DNA of 64,000 nucleotides from an uncultured delta proteobacterium (GTDB lineage Bacteria; Myxococcota; Myxococcia; Myxococcales; Myxococcaceae): NCBI GenBank assembly GCA_963771175.1, contig CAVYSY010000039.1, positions 256,001 to 320,000 of the forward strand, read 5' to 3'. Shown piece by piece: positions 63,433 to 64,000 of this stretch (position 1 is its first letter; each line of letters starts with the position of its first letter). The notes under the pieces were generated by a model. It saw only the letters and a program-made list of their open reading frames with translations, ran no database searches and was not told where the DNA came from. The position numbers and the translations under genes were made by a program.

Positions 63433-64000
63433 ATGGACCTCGAGAGGCACCAGAACCTGCACACCATCATCATGCTACGCGAAGTCATCCGCAAGTGGTG
63501 GCGAGCGGAGTTGCACCTCGTGGATCGCCATGGGGTGGTGATGGAGTGGCAGAAGGGCGGAGATATTCCCCCCACGCCCAACGAGTGCTGCCGCCTGTCG
63601 CTGCACCTCGCGGGAGGGCCTGCGGCGCTGCAACCAGTCGGTGCGCCAGCTCCACGAGCAGTTCCGGGCCAACCGGCGGCTGCGCCGCGCGCTCGTGCAC
63701 CCATGCCACCTGCAGTTCAGCCTGGTGGGCGCCCCTCTCTACATCCAGGACGAGTACGAGGGCTTCCTCCTCGTGGAGGGCTTCGTGCGCGAGCCGCCCT
63801 CGGGCGGGGATGCGGGAGGTGCTCAAGGCGCGCATGCGCGAGCTACAGCCGGGAGCCCCACTGGAGGTGGAGCGCGCGGTGGAGCGCCTGCCGGTGATGG
63901 GGGACGCGGAGCTGGGGAAGCTGACGGACCTGCTCGAATACGGCGCCAGTGAGATCGCCGCCTACGAGGCCGAGCGCGCTCGCCCCGCAAGGAGGAGCGC
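63433..64000 (+). CDS. PocR-like sensor domain regulator, N-terminal part (frameshifted, runs off window)
   Basis: LREVIRKWW..EL...D, N.CC, CH.....GAPLYI...Y.GF pattern typical of PocR ligand-binding domains. Confidence 0.55.

Overview
High-GC myxobacterial chromosomal window (Archangium/Cystobacter-like by gene content). The left end holds core genes: the 3' part of a Lon (LonD/BsgA-like) protease, an amidase, an aldo-keto reductase, an S1C protease/FHA pair, and a Ser/Thr kinase-TPR-FHA/GAF/sigma54 activator cluster followed by a sigma54 promoter and two lipoproteins. Next comes an arginine operon (argC, fused argJ-argB, argR, argH, argF). The right end carries dacB, a kinase-AAA-TPR protein, carB, an aspartate aminotransferase, a GtrA protein, coaD, rsmD, a patatin and a CDF transporter. 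Between them (about 19.2-46.9 kb) lies a mosaic accessory region with gene remnants and no integrase, tRNA, rRNA or CRISPR array that I can see. The most unusual items are: (i) a 588-aa protein fusing a nitrilase-superfamily E-K-C domain to a C-terminal FYVE-like double zinc finger; (ii) a non-phage module of GNAT, collagen-like lipoprotein and a tail-collar (MdpB-like) protein; (iii) two convergent FAD-linked oxidases next to a kinase/degenerate cyclase/AAA/TPR sensor. Many genes, especially the arg operon and carB, are broken by single-base indels that are most likely sequencing or assembly errors. All family assignments come from motif recognition, not database searches.
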